64,000 nucleotides of DNA, taken from contig OZ316894.1 of NCBI GenBank assembly GCA_973895155.1, positions 18,948,805-19,012,804 of the forward strand, read 5' to 3'. Source of the DNA: Marsupella aquatica. Lineage: Eukaryota > Plantae > Marchantiophyta. The notes beneath the pieces were generated by a model. The model was given only the letters and a program-made list of their open reading frames with translations. It searched no databases and had not been told where the DNA came from. Shown here one piece after another: positions 1 through 12,630 of the stretch. The translations under genes were made by a program, and so were the position numbers. Within the stretch, counting starts at the first letter, position 1, and each line of letters opens with the position of its first letter.

Positions 1-1849
1 GATGAACCACATATATGTAACTTTCAGCCATGCATGGCCCAGCTTTGAGAAGCCCTATCGATACCATGATTCCATTGTTGAACCTTCTATAACAGGTCAT
101 TTTTGCTCTGACAAATGCATCCAATGTCACTACTGCATCCATATGCCCTCTTTCTGAAACTTGAGACAGCATTGTCATGAGGGCATTTCAAAGCTTAGTT
201 AAATAGTCATAAGCAAATGGTCATAGCTTTTTCACAGGGTTGCTGTTTTCACTAGCTTCTAGAGTGACTTTCAGTCATAACATATGACCAATCTTTTTGG
301 CAAAATGTTACGATGATGAATTTGGTAGTCCACGATAACTTTTTCAGTAACCTAAACTACTAAGTTGAGGTCCATCAAATCTTGAGGTTTGAGACCCCCT
401 ATTTATCTAGTTGTCTATTTGCACCTTTTGTAATTACAAACATGCGTCCAATACTTTTTCTCTTACTACAACAACTTTATAAGTGCAAAACCTTGATAAG
501 TGTACATATACAGTTATTGGTAAGCATATGGCATTTACTAAGTGCATACCCTCTTTTAGTATAGAGAAAATGCACTTAATTAGGAGAAAAGACAATGAAT
601 TTAGGACAAGGATGATTGTATACTTTGGGTTGCAAGTCATGAGACTGCTAGCTGACTGATGAGGGTGCTCCTGAAAAAATCGTAGTCTACAATACGTTTT
701 CCTACCCCAACTCATTCTTGGGGGCCTCACTCCAAGGGAGGTCCCATTTCACGTGCGAAGTTTTCAAGTAATAAACACCCTTAAACATAAGAAAAGAAAG
801 TAGATTCTTACTATTTTTTAACCCAGGCATAACTTTATGGAATATTCTCACATTTGGTATTAAAAATCCTATAGTTCTTATAATTCTCAAAATTGGATTA
901 AAACACGGACGGTCCCTATGTTTCTTCAACACAAAGTCTTCCACGCGATTGACTTAAAAAATCCCTAACTTCTTTGCGCACGATGGGTTGGAAGAAAAGA
1001 AGTGTGGACCCCGTGACCTCATTTTATGGCACTCTGTGCATGCATGGCTCCAACAATTCTTTCCTCTAGTAGTCCTTATATGGCTGTTGCAAGGCCTGGT
1101 CCACAGTTTTACATTGGAAATATCTGAACATATACTGTTGTAGATCTACTTCAATAAAATCATACCTTGAATGGTGGTTCAGTCTTGGTTTAACTGCCAT
1201 AAATGCCCATTTTCAAAGCATGATGGATGGGGCCACTATATTTAATAATGTTCTAAACAGAGTCCAAAAATGACCAAAAAGTATATAATTTGTCCTCCCA
1301 CAAGTTCTGGAATAGTGGCAGATTTACATATTTAGCAGTTTATAATATACTCTTTGCCTGCACTGCTGCACTCCGGATCCATTCTTTCAGTAAACTGAAA
1401 ACTTTAAGAACACCAACATGTGCAATTGGATGGACTAGCCAAATCCTGCAGGAAGGGCTCCCTGTAGCCAGACTCCCCACCCCGCTCCCCATGGCCGTCC
1501 GTAGCCACGGGCATAGGCGTAAGTACTATCAAAATTTGCTCTTTCTAGAGAACTTATGGTCTATGGCTTCACTCTATGTATGGAGGAGGTCTTGATCTAA
1601 CTGGAGCCTTTGATTGCAAAGTATGGTCAGTGTAGATATTACAGGTTTCCGTAGAGTCTAGCCTGGGCCGGGTCTCCATAGATTGAGACAAAACAAAAAT
1701 ACCCATAACCTGATAGTGAGAAGCACGATACGTTCACTATGGCCCTTCTTCAAGCTCCTCAGTACGTGAGAAGCTTCTTCATGCACTAGCCTGGCCCTCA
1801 AACACCGGAGTTGAGTCCCTCACAAACTACAGGTGTCCTGCCAACTGCA

Positions 1850-2105
1850 ATAACTAGTTTCACATCCACTCTCACCCTGTGTACACTACAAGGAGATAAT
1901 TATGACCCTGCCAGCTACAAAGACAAGTTTCACCTCCAGTTGCACCCCATGTACACTCCAAGGAGAGAACCATGCTTGCAGTCAAAAACTAGTTTCACCT
2001 CCAGTCTCATGATCCCTTGTGCACTGCAATCTTATAGAGAATTACGACCCTGCCATCAACAAAGGTGACTGAGTTTAATTCCACCTGTAGTCTCACCCCA
2101 TGTTC
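1850..2105. repeat. Degenerate ~60-bp tandem repeat
   Basis: Recurrent AACTAGTTTCAC(A/C)TCCA..CTCA.CC..TGTACACT.CAAGGAGA motifs about every 60 bp; boundaries approximate. Confidence 0.5.
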
Positions 2106-2325
2106 TCACTCTTGATATTCAATAAGCTTTTCCTATTGAGCAAATTAAGGAATGAATAGTGAAGTGGCCGTATGAATTGGTCAGTGAGGGAATGCATCGC
2201 ACAGGCGTGAGTTCGGACCGTAAAATAAACTAGCCCTAAATCTAACTGTAATCACAAATGTACAGGCCGGTCCAGATAGGGCGTGACTGTCAAAGTACAG
2301 CCGTAACTGAGTTATGGCCAAGGAC

Positions 2326-3546
2326 ATTAATTCTCCCCCATCTTCTTGGGGCCCCGTACACTGCCCGTCCCAGTCCCTGTTGTTGCTGCCCGCTCCAGCC
2401 CAAATTTGCTAGGACATAAACTTAAACTCTATTATTTTGTCACCCTCTTTGGCCCGATTAATTTACGTTGTGCCATTGGCTTTGGGTTTATGTTTTGGCA
2501 CCCTTCACGTTTTGTTGCCCGCTCCGACCTGATCAACTTAGTTGTGGTTTATATTATTGACTTCTTCCTAGCTTGTGGAGTTGTGGTTTATATTATGGCC
2601 ACACTTTTTTCCAACAAAGTCATGCTTTTTGCTTCATAAGAGAGTCTTGAATGATAGTCTTCAGTTGATTGATTTTCTGCCAAATGCTTCTTCTCTATGA
2701 AGTACTGGTTTATGCTCTGGCAACACTTATTTCCAACGAAGTCATGTTTGCTTTGTAAGAGAGTCTAAGTGTTCAAGTAGAGCCTAGTACTTTGGTTAAG
2801 AATCATGATTGATAGAGTCTTGGTTGCTGTTCTGCCAAATGCTTCTTCTCTATGGAGTTTTGGTTTATGTTCTGGGAACACTTCTTTCCAACGAGGTATT
2901 GTATAATGCGAGCAAACAGGAATTTTGTTAGCAATGAGAGTGTTGTTAGTGAGACACTAGTGGTTTACAATTTTTGTTGCATTTGGTGCCTTTTATATAT
3001 TTTTTGTTTCTTTATCTATGAATCCAGATTGCTTGCAAAAATAGCAGTCCTAAAAATGTATGTTATCAACCAAGTTCTTGTTAGCTAGGCAATTGGAGAT
3101 AGAAAAATTAGGGGTCATGTGAGGAAAAATTTGCGCGTGTGAGGAATTTTGTTATTGTTTCCTCGCATGTCACAATGACCCCTTTCCAATGGAGTCATGT
3201 TTGTTTTGCAATAAAGTGTAAGTGTTCAGGAAAGCCTAGTACTTTGGATAAGTCATGATTAATGATAGAATATTGCATGGTTTATGTTTTGACAAACTTG
3301 GGTTGGAGCGAGCAGTAGCAAGGGGGACTTGGGCTGGAGCGGGCGGCAACGCGTGAAGGATGCCAGAACATAAACCTGAAGTTGACAACACAAAGTTGAT
3401 CGGGCCGGAGTAGGTGACAAGATGGTAGTCAAACTCGGGCCGGAGCGTGCAGTAGCGTCAAGCATTGAAGACTGGGACAGGCAGTGTACTTATGGGGCCC
3501 CAAGAAGATGGGGAGCCATTAACGTGATGTAGATTTAAGGCATGGT
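2326..3546. mobile_element. Degenerate non-autonomous foldback (MULE-like) element, related to 58240-59230
   Basis: Inverted ends (TCCCCCATCTTCTTGGGGCCCC.TACACTGCC.GTCCCAGTC near 2334-2375; reverse complement near 3470-3516). Internal TTGGTTTATGTTCTGG repeats are the reverse complement of those in the 58-kb element. No TSD found. Confidence 0.5.
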
Positions 3547-3701
3547 CCTGGGAACAAGGCAAGATGGGGAGCGCGATGTAGATTTAAGGCAAGGTCCAGG
3601 GAACAAGGCCAAGGGGGAACAAGGCAAAGGAAGATGGAACACGGATGTACAAAGAAACTCAATAACTCTATGTATACGAGCTCAATACCCGTGCGTTGCA
3701 C

Positions 3702-4315
3702 AAAAGAAGTCGTGTCGGCCAAGGTGTCATTGAGAAAAAAGAGATGTCGTGTCAGCCAAGAGGTCGTGGAGAGAAAAAATGTCATGTTGGCCAAGAGGTG
3801 TTTGAGAGAAAAAAAGTCATTGAGAAAAAAAGATGTCATGTTGGCCAAGAGGTCGTTGAAAAAAAGATGTCGTGTCGGCAAAGACATCATTGAGAGAAAA
3901 TGTGTCGTGTCGGCCAAGACATCGTTGAGGGAAATTACCCATGCATTGCACAAAAGATGTCCTTAAGAAAAAAATGTTGTGTCGCCCAAAATATCATTAA
4001 AATAAGAATATCATGGCGCCCAAGATATTGTTAAGAAAACAGATGTTGTGGCGCCCAAGATGTAGTGTCCCCCAAAATGTCACTAAGAGGAAAGTATTGT
4101 GGCACCCAAAATGCTCTTTAAGAGAATTATATGTTGTGTTTCCCAAGCCCGGTTCCCAAGAATGATGTTGTTATGTGAAAAATGTCATGAAGTAAAAAGA
4201 TGTTGTTAAGAAAAAGAAGTCATTTTGCCAAAGATGGCATGTTGCCCAAAAGGTCATCAAGTAAAAAATTGTGTCAAATAAGTAGATGTCATGTCCCCAA
4301 CGATGTCGTTATGCC
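3702..4315. repeat. Degenerate short-period tandem array (AAAAGATGTCGTGTCGGCCAAG-like)
   Basis: Direct inspection; the array resumes after the CACTA element at 33336. Confidence 0.75.
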
Positions 4316-4669
4316 AAACACAAGGAGGATATGCATGGTCGAGGAGTTGGGGATTTCCCCACCTGACTTGGTGAATCAGTGTACCATAACAAAGAAGTGG
4401 GGATTCCGGACATCTTAGGGAATTTGGTTGAAAATACCCATGCTTTCCCATACATAACGAGGGATTTGATACTTCTAGCAGTTCGACGTTTCCCTGGGGT
4501 AATTTGCCGATGTGTCCCACAGGCGTGACATTTGGGGCGTTTCCCATAATATACCCAACTACAGAAGGGTTTAGCGCCTCCGCATTTCCCCACATTTGCG
4601 TGTTTATTTGTATAAGCCGGAGGCAATTGGCATAATCCAGGTCCTTGGATGGTCGCGCTCTCCGCAACA

Positions 4670-5500
4670 TCCGTGTGCATATTACCCGCATACCGTGGGG
4701 TATCGCTGAGGTATTTGGGATGTCAGCGTCCAATTGCCGCTCTCCAAGTGGCTTCGCTGAGGTGTGCAGGATGATATGCATCTCCACCATCCAATTTTGC
4801 TGTGGTAAAGTGGGGATTCCGTGTGCATATTACCCGCATACCGTGGGGTATCTCTGGGGTATTTGGGTTGTCAGCGTCCAATTGCCGCTCTCCAAGTGGC
4901 TTCGCTGGCAGCCCTGGAGGTGCGAAGGATGATATGCATCTCCACTGTCCAATTTTGCTGTGGCTAAGTGGGGATTCTGTGTGCATATTACCCGCATACA
5001 TTAGTGTATCTCTGGGGTATTTGGGTTGTCAGCGTCCAATGGCCGCTCTCCAGGTGGCTTTGTTGGCAGCCCTGGAGGTGTGCAGGATGATATGCATCTC
5101 CACCATCCAAATTTCCTGTTGTAAAGTGGGGGTTCTATGTGCATATTACCCGCATACCCTGGGGTATCGTTGGGGTATTTGGTATGCCACTTCCAATTGC
5201 CACTCTCTAGGTGGCTTCGCTAACAGCCCTGGAGGTTTGTAGGATGATATGCATCTTCACCGTCCAGATTTCCTATGTCGAAGCGGGGATTACTTGTGCA
5301 TTTTACCTGCATACCGTGGGGTATTTGTAGGGTATTTTTGATTCCAGGCTTCTTGCTGCGTCAAATTGCATCCGCATTGTCAAATTCCAGGATAATGTGC
5401 ATCCGCATCGTCCAAATTGCCTACGATGAAGTGGGGATTCACGATGTAACGCCTATGTATTGTGGGGTATTGGGGGATCCTCACGTATTACCAATGGGGT
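4670..5500. repeat. Subterminal ~150-160-bp tandem repeats (about 5 units) of the CACTA element
   Basis: GTGCATATTACCCGCATACCGTGGGGTAT recurs near 4675, 4824, 4982, 5140 and 5297; TACCC/GGGTA motifs occur in both orientations. Confidence 0.8.
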
Positions 5501-5895
5501 ATTAAAAATGTCTGGCGTCCCCAGATGAATTGCATCAAAAACCATCCAGTCATATTGCCAATGAATACCATGAAATGTCGATGGGTATCGTGAATGTAAG
5601 GTTCTTTATTGGGCCCAGCTTACGCAAATCAAATTTCTGATATGGTTTTGAATCATTTCCTCATAGCGTTGTAAATAAGATCACAATGAGTTAAGTAGCA
5701 TTCATTTGTACATTAGAAACTAAGTACATTAGCAACTCCCATCTCTCTCTCTATATATATATGTATATATATATATGTGAAACACGAAGTAAGTAGTGGT
5801 GGCCCTTGGTCAATATATAATGCAATCATATTCATAACCTGTCTAGCTTGTGCCGTTCATAGAGCGATGCAAGTATGCTATCTATGTAGTGAGTA

Positions 5896-8800
5896 CTATA
5901 CCTCTTCCCCGGCTTTCTTCATAGCATTTTCAGGGAAGATCCTTTGTTGGCCATCGACATTTAAAGCCGGAAGATGTGTAACGATCACTACATTCTGCTC
6001 TACAATCCACCTGGCCACCATGTCCAATAACTCTGATGCATTCTTCTGAGCGTGTTTGGTGAATGGCTTGGGGGTAGTCTTTGACCGCTTGTTCGTATCT
6101 GCTACAAACGTGCGCAATTTGGCCTCCACTTCGCAGGTCTTCATCAAACCCATGGCTCTCATGCACAATACTAGTTTGGCGTCTTTGGTGAGCTTTTCAA
6201 AATTCTGCAAAAGTTACAGTCTTTGGTGAGCTTTTTAAATTATGGTAGTACACCAATGACAAGCTATAAATCATTATTTACAGAATCGTGCAAAACTTCT
6301 CAGTATATGCTTACGATATTGGAGTCTCCAGAAGCCTAGGACTTGTTACTTCTCGTCGACCGGGTTCCTTGAGCACACAAAACTTCTTCCTGGTTTGCCT
6401 GTACATATATAATGACCACATAATGAGACCACAAGAGTACGTTCCACACATACAATTTCTGTCTACACATTGTACACAATGATCGCTGCAACCTAATAAA
6501 GACTGTTGGCTTACAATGGATGGAAATAAGAAATCATACCATGTTTTTGCCGGTCAACAACCGTTCCCTTGCATCCTCCTGTACCTTTGTTGAAATAGCT
6601 CTAAATGAAGGTACATTTTCTTTGTCTGGGTTCGGACCCTTGCCTCTTCGTGCTCTACTCAATGGTTGATTTAGGTCCCGAATGCTTGTAAGGACTCCAC
6701 CTTGTTCCTTCTCGGTCTTAACCTGCCATGCATATGTGGATGTGCAAATCATTGTATATATTGGTGAACCTAGGCTCAAAGTAGAATGAATTGCAAAGTC
6801 ATATACATCACTTACAATAGAACTTTTAGGCCATTATAATAATTGCAATATACAAAACTTATACATACAATGATATATGATATATACCTTGGACAGTAGC
6901 GGGTTGTTTCCCCCTGCAGGACTGCTCTCAATCTTTTGTCTTTTTACCTGAAAAATAAGTATAAAGCAAACTCGGTGTCTTAATTTTAATTACGTACGTA
7001 TGATATATAAGAACGCAACTAGCATGACAAAATACTCGTACCTCCGGTTCCGGTTGATCGTTAGGCCTTATATTAGTGTCTTCATCATCCTCGTCAGATT
7101 CAATGTAAAGTTGGGTGGATGTAGTGAAGCAAACAACTTGCAAGTTGATAGTTGATGTTGACAATGTTTTCTCCTGGCTGCATGTAGTGGTATCCACTAC
7201 TTCAGTATCCTCGCTTGGCTCTCCATTGCTGGACCTGACCGCATCATCTGCTTTGCTTTCCTCTCTATGCTCTACTTCCGCCCCTCCCTCTGCATCTTCT
7301 TCATGGCCAGCTAATGCCAACACTCGCTTCTTCGGTTTTGAAAGAGGGTTTTCCTCAAAGTCAGGCATCTCCGGTAACCCCGCTCTCTTGGAGGTCTTTC
7401 CTGAGACAGCAGAACCCTGAGGAGAGGGACCTGAATACGATTGGCATACTTTATGAGCCAGATTGGGACTCATGGAACAATATGCTCTCGGAACAAAAAT
7501 GGACATGTCCTGCAATATGTACATGCACATCAATAGTGACGGTGCATGAGTGCCAGGGAATCTTGCAATATAAATATATTGTAGAAAACCACATTCATTC
7601 AACATCTATACCTCTCGATACATATCGACTGGGCAACATGAAAAAACCTGCAGAACCCGGAGAAGCAGATTCATTTCGATGCAATGAACCTAGGGTTGGT
7701 AAATGCATATATATATTTATATATGTATATGGCACCATACTTACTGGTTTTAAGTGCTTAAACTATACCATCTGCAGACCCTTTGAAGGTGTCATTAATG
7801 GCACCCAGTAAGGTGCCAGCAATGACGGATTACCATCAGACAAGGCCTTCATGAACTTAATCTTCCACCATCTCACTTTCTTAATAACATGGACGCTCTC
7901 TGGTATTCCACGACCAACGACCTCTCCACTGTACTGCCCCCTATACCTTACAGACTTATCGGCATCTCTCATTTGCAGTTCTACCAAGGTCACCTTGAAT
8001 GCATACGCACAAAGTTCCACAAAAATCTCTGGGTATGATTGTCCATGTCCAATGGCAATCGCTTCATCTGCATCTGGTTCTACCTTCATATCTGCAAAAT
8101 CAGTCGGCTCCTTTTTTCGGGCCGTAGGGATGGCACCTGCAATGAAATTCAGTGCAAGTACTTGAGGTTAATTCCAGGGTATTTCCAGGTTATTTCCAAG
8201 TTGCGAAAGATAGAACACAGTTCATTGCCAAAATCAATGGCACTGCGCTAACTAATGAATGGGAATCTATCAGTACGTACCTTCCTTGATTTTTGCATTT
8301 GCTTTCCTCCATTCATGCTTTCTGTTCTTGACGACCTCAAACAGGAAGCTTTCTGGCCAAGGCATCTCATGTTTAGATCCGGTTTCTGGACACTCAAATT
8401 TGAGAGGTGAAAGTTCGTGCATTCTACTCTGAACATACAATCGACAATTCTCTTTTGTCTTTGTGTCAGACTTGAAATCTGCACTGAGATATTCGTATAT
8501 CTCCTTGTCGGCGGCGAAATTCGCAAACCAATTCCTCACCGTTCTGTAATTTGCCTTGTGAGCTTGGTGTGCTTCTACATGCTTAGAAGCCAGAATGGAC
8601 CGTCCTCCAGATTTGTTGGTCACATTGAAGATGTCCTCTGCCAAAGGATAGAACTGTGCATAGCAGCGTCGAAACACACATCAGCGTGTATTCAATCAAA
8701 CAAAGAAACTACCATTGCATGTGCACTACATTAGATGCCTTCGCGTGATTATCAGAAGAGGTCCTTGCCGTGGTCACAATGGATTTCAATAGGCTAATTT

Positions 8801-9267
8801 AATGTCACGGGAGACAAACAACTTACTTGATGATGCTTGGTAGAACCAATCATAGACGTCTCTCTCTCCGACGCATCAGGAGTGCGGGTATTTTCAGCAG
8901 GCCTGATAGACTTGTGCTCTTCTTCACCAGAGCTCTCCTTTCGATTCGTATCACGTTCAGATAGTGTCTTCATTGGCGGCAACGGTGATGGCTGCAGCGG
9001 TGATGGCTGTAGCTGTGATGGCTGTGTGACTCCGGTATTGCTGCTCCCGTTGCATTCATTCACCCATCTCCTCAACTTCTTCCTGTGCACCCATGTCTTC
9101 ATCCCCACACTGTCAAAGAAAAGTTGCCAATCATCCCCATCCATACAGAAGAAGCTTTCCCCAGTAAGATCCAACTCCTCAATTTTGGGAGTGTACATTG
9201 TCGATTCTAAACATTGATCAATATTTTCACACAATTCCTTACACGTAAGCCTGCTCCATTCATGCAT
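5896..9267 (-). CDS. Multi-exon gene with N-terminal SAM-like domain (CACTA cargo, possible TNPA-like accessory protein); exon structure approximate
   Basis: ORF 8794-9267 begins with a SAM pattern (EWSRLTCKELC..MYTPKIEELDLTGESFFCMDGDDWQLFFDSVGMKTWVHRKKL). Successive minus-strand ORF blocks (8270-8677, 7763-8089, 6928-7605, 6534-6779, 5896-6210) are separated by short AT-rich stretches with GT donors (e.g. near 8826 and 8280). Confidence 0.55.
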
Positions 9268-9430
9268 TGCAACTCTGTTTCAATCAACGTCGATCAAGTG
9301 TAGGAAACTCTGAAGATCGACTTCACTCCAGGCGTACGTGTAGCAGAAATAGTGAAATACAGAGGGGGACTTAAAACGAAAAGGGAGTATTACACCAAGC
9401 GCACTCACTGCCTCTCTCGTTCATCGTTCA

Positions 9431-9524
9431 TTTGAATCGCCCGCCCGCGCGTGTTGAAGGTAAAGGCTGCGGGTTCATCGTCCGTTTGAATCGCCCGCCT
9501 GCGCGTGTTGAAGGTAAAGGCTGC
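9431..9524. repeat. 54-bp-period direct repeat upstream of the SAM gene
   Basis: TTTGAATCGCCCGCC.GCGCGTGTTGAAGGTAAAGGCTGC at 9431 and 9485. Confidence 0.7.
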
Positions 9525-12012
9525 AAGGCAAGTAGTGCATGCGTTGCCCGCCTCAAAGCTGGTCCTCGTCGGTTTTGAACTGACCGCCCTGGTCCAAATG
9601 AATAATGTCACTCTTCAAAATGTGATATATCCGCAGTCCATTGCGTCAACCGCATCACTGATTTTGTTTCTATCCAGCCGATTTAGGCCAGGGATTTAGG
9701 AGTTGCGGTCATGATTATATAGCTGGGAAATTTTCCCTCACTCTACTATTCTAGGCCTAACTCAAAAGTCCACGCAGTTTGGATTACTATGACAAGTTAG
9801 GACAAGATACAAACTATTCCCATGGAGACTAGCGCAGCCTGCGCTTCGGGAAAGTAAAGCTGCCAGCTGCGATGACCTTCTGATCAATCAGAAGCCTATG
9901 TGGCAAATACCCTACATAGGATACCAACTGAAGAAGATAAGGTTGGCCTCAGTTTCCCTCCAGTTTCAGAGGGATTGTTTCCACGGGAACGATTCCAAAG
10001 GTACTAAAGAGTGGAGGTCATTGACCGTAGCTCACACCTCCCACTCTAAGTGTTCGATCCTCCTCTGTGCGAGCTCAGACAACTTCAGAATAAGTTTTAC
10101 ATGTTCGCGCCCGATAACATCATCCAAAACGTGGAAGTCCACAGGCCACCTGTGGATCTTCGTACTACGTGGGAGAATTCTCTGTCAAATCCCATGCCAC
10201 CTTGTGCGATATCCTGTAATGTGTTTTGGATTTGGTAGAAATTATTGGCAGCACTCGGAGTCAATTCTTTTGATTGCAATAGTTTTTGCTTATGATTTGA
10301 GTTTGAAATGTGCTCGCAGGTCAAATACAGGGTTCTCGTATACTTCAAAGCGAAAGCAGATCTTACCTAACCCTTTACCACCCACTTCTTCCTTAGCCCG
10401 GGCTTACTAGTAAATATCCTACAGTACCATTTACGCATCCTTGAAACTCGTCATCAATTTCACCGATCCCAAGGCTGGCCAGCCACCCCCTATACACCGA
10501 TCCTTAGAAACCAACTAAACCATATATCTTCTTCGTGTCCGATGCGCTCTGATCGATGGAACAGGTATGAATCTGGATGTTCAATGATACAGACTCCGCG
10601 ATCTATTTTCATGCAACATGCATCATTAATTATATATGGTATGTGGAATGTTTTGCAGGCTACGCAGGTCATATGAAACAGGTAGAGCATTAATATCAGA
10701 GGAAGTGAAGAAGCGGATGTGACGTAGTTTGTTCTACCGGTGCGAGGTATGTGCGAGGTATGTGAGGGGTATGTTTGGGGTATTTGTGGTTATGCTCGTT
10801 CCAACACTAATGTTACAAGGTTAGTATGAGAATGAACTTGGATATTTAGAACAGACCACACTTTTTGAGTCTTTGAGATTACAGTTGAAGCAATATACAT
10901 CATGAGCGCCATGCTGACAAAGGTGTTGTGGCATCGTCCGAGGCCGATGCCTGTTTTGTGGCAACCGCCCGGGTTGCCTTGACAGGTAATTGGGTTGCCA
11001 ATATGCTGTCCACCCCCCCCCCCCTTGCCAACCGGTATGCAGTGGTAAGTTGTCGCAAAAGATAATTTTACGACCGATTTTACGCATATGGAAGTTATCG
11101 TCTATTTTTTCATGATTACTTACTTCTTCATTGAGTTGCAGGCGTTGCCCCGGCCTTCAAAGTGCGAACTCCATTATTCATTTACATACATTACCCATCA
11201 ATTCTCCATAAATATAATGAACACCTACTGGAACAAGAACACATCTGCCATAAATGTATTGTTTGGGGTCACGTTGTTTTTACGGTTTTCTGTATGATTG
11301 TGTTTTTTTCCCTTCCTGGTCGTTGGGATCGATGGAGCCGCGGATCCGCCCAATGAGTTTTAGGTGTTTCTCTATTTTTTTGGTCTGTTGATGTCCGGAG
11401 ATTGGGGAGGGGCCCTTACCCAATTCTCCGTGAACTATGATGACCCACTACATGATGTCGCTACGATCCGCAAAAGCGCTATAGTGGCTGAGTTCTATTT
11501 GCTGTCCTGTATCAGAGTTTGAAGTTGGAAGTTTTCCTTGAGAAATTGCGCACAAATTGCAAAATGAAAAATTGCCGAGACCCATTCATTGATTAAACAC
11601 TAGCCGAGACCCATTCATCGATTAAACACCAGCCGATTAACACCCAATTACTTTCTGGTACGTTTTAACAAACGCATCGTGGACATCACTACCTTCATTT
11701 AACAGATGTAGGTTCGAGCCCCCCTTTATTGCACATTGAAAATAAGTCGACCATTCACATACATACATTCTGGTCCCACTTGCCCCACAAACCAAGCATA
11801 CACGTTATGCCATATCAAACCAAAATGGCAGGTCATTGCATGGCCTGTAGGAACCTTACAAACTAAAAGACTCCTGCCCAAAATGCCAAACCGTCGTACG
11901 TTGTGCTTGCATCTGGTCACATCAGATATGAGTTGCATCCAAACTATCAAGCAGGTCCTTCAATCTACATCTAACAGAACTAAGCTGCGACGCCGTGGCC
12001 GGGTCTGAAGCA

Positions 12013-12630
12013 TTAATAGATGATCTTGAAGATTCTGCTGTATGCCTCCCTCGTGCAGTATGATAACTTGAAGGTACACTGTCCGTCTTCAACTTCAGCT
12101 TCCGTGGAGTGACAGAAGTAGGCACCACAGAATGCAAGATCGATCTCACAGTCGTCATCGCTTATAGGTGACAAGGAATTAATAATGGCCTCATCGTCTT
12201 TGCAGCGGATCACTACGTCCACACATTCCATCTTTGCTGTAGCTCTATGGACAGTAGCAAACTGGACAAAGTCTTCCTTCTTGCTAAAATCCTGCGGAGG
12301 CATCCCTATGAGATCAGTCACTGCATCAAAAATCTTAGCTCGCACTGGAGGGAAGTGTGGCCCGATAGTAGAGTCAACCAGGAACACCTCAAAATGATAC
12401 CTTTCTGTCCAGGTCCCAGCAGCAACCGAATTATGGGGACATCGACTTGACCCTTCAACAGTGCGATTACACATCCACCCAGGTGTCACAAAGCGAGTGC
12501 ATCCATGGTATAGAAACTTCCACGGAAAATCGATTGGAGCATCAAAATTGACCACAAAAACCCTCATCGATGGGAAGGTCCTCGTTTCTCCAGCATTGCA
12601 GCAGCCAACGACATCTTTAAGTGTGGCCAT
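12013..12630 (-). CDS. Replication protein A large-subunit C-terminal-like OB-fold/zinc-ribbon protein (205 aa)
   Basis: FLYHGC..CNRTV..CPH..RYHFEVFLVDST..AKIFDAVTDLIGMPPQDF follows the RPA1 DBD-C pattern (YxAC..CxKKV..C..RY.l...D.T..F...llG). Uninterrupted ORF from the ATG at 12630. Confidence 0.65.
   Translation of the reverse strand: MATLKDVVGCCNAGETRTFPSMRVFVVNFDAPIDFPWKFLYHGCTRFVTPGWMCNRTVEGSSRCPHNSVAAGTWTERYHFEVFLVDSTIGPHFPPVRAKIFDAVTDLIGMPPQDFSKKEDFVQFATVHRATAKMECVDVVIRCKDDEAIINSLSPISDDDCEIDLAFCGAYFCHSTEAEVEDGQCTFKLSYCTREAYSRIFKIIY

Noticed and set aside
3519-5505. Several 65-177-aa ORFs on both strands
   Set aside because: They are translations of tandem arrays and CACTA subterminal repeats; no domain motifs
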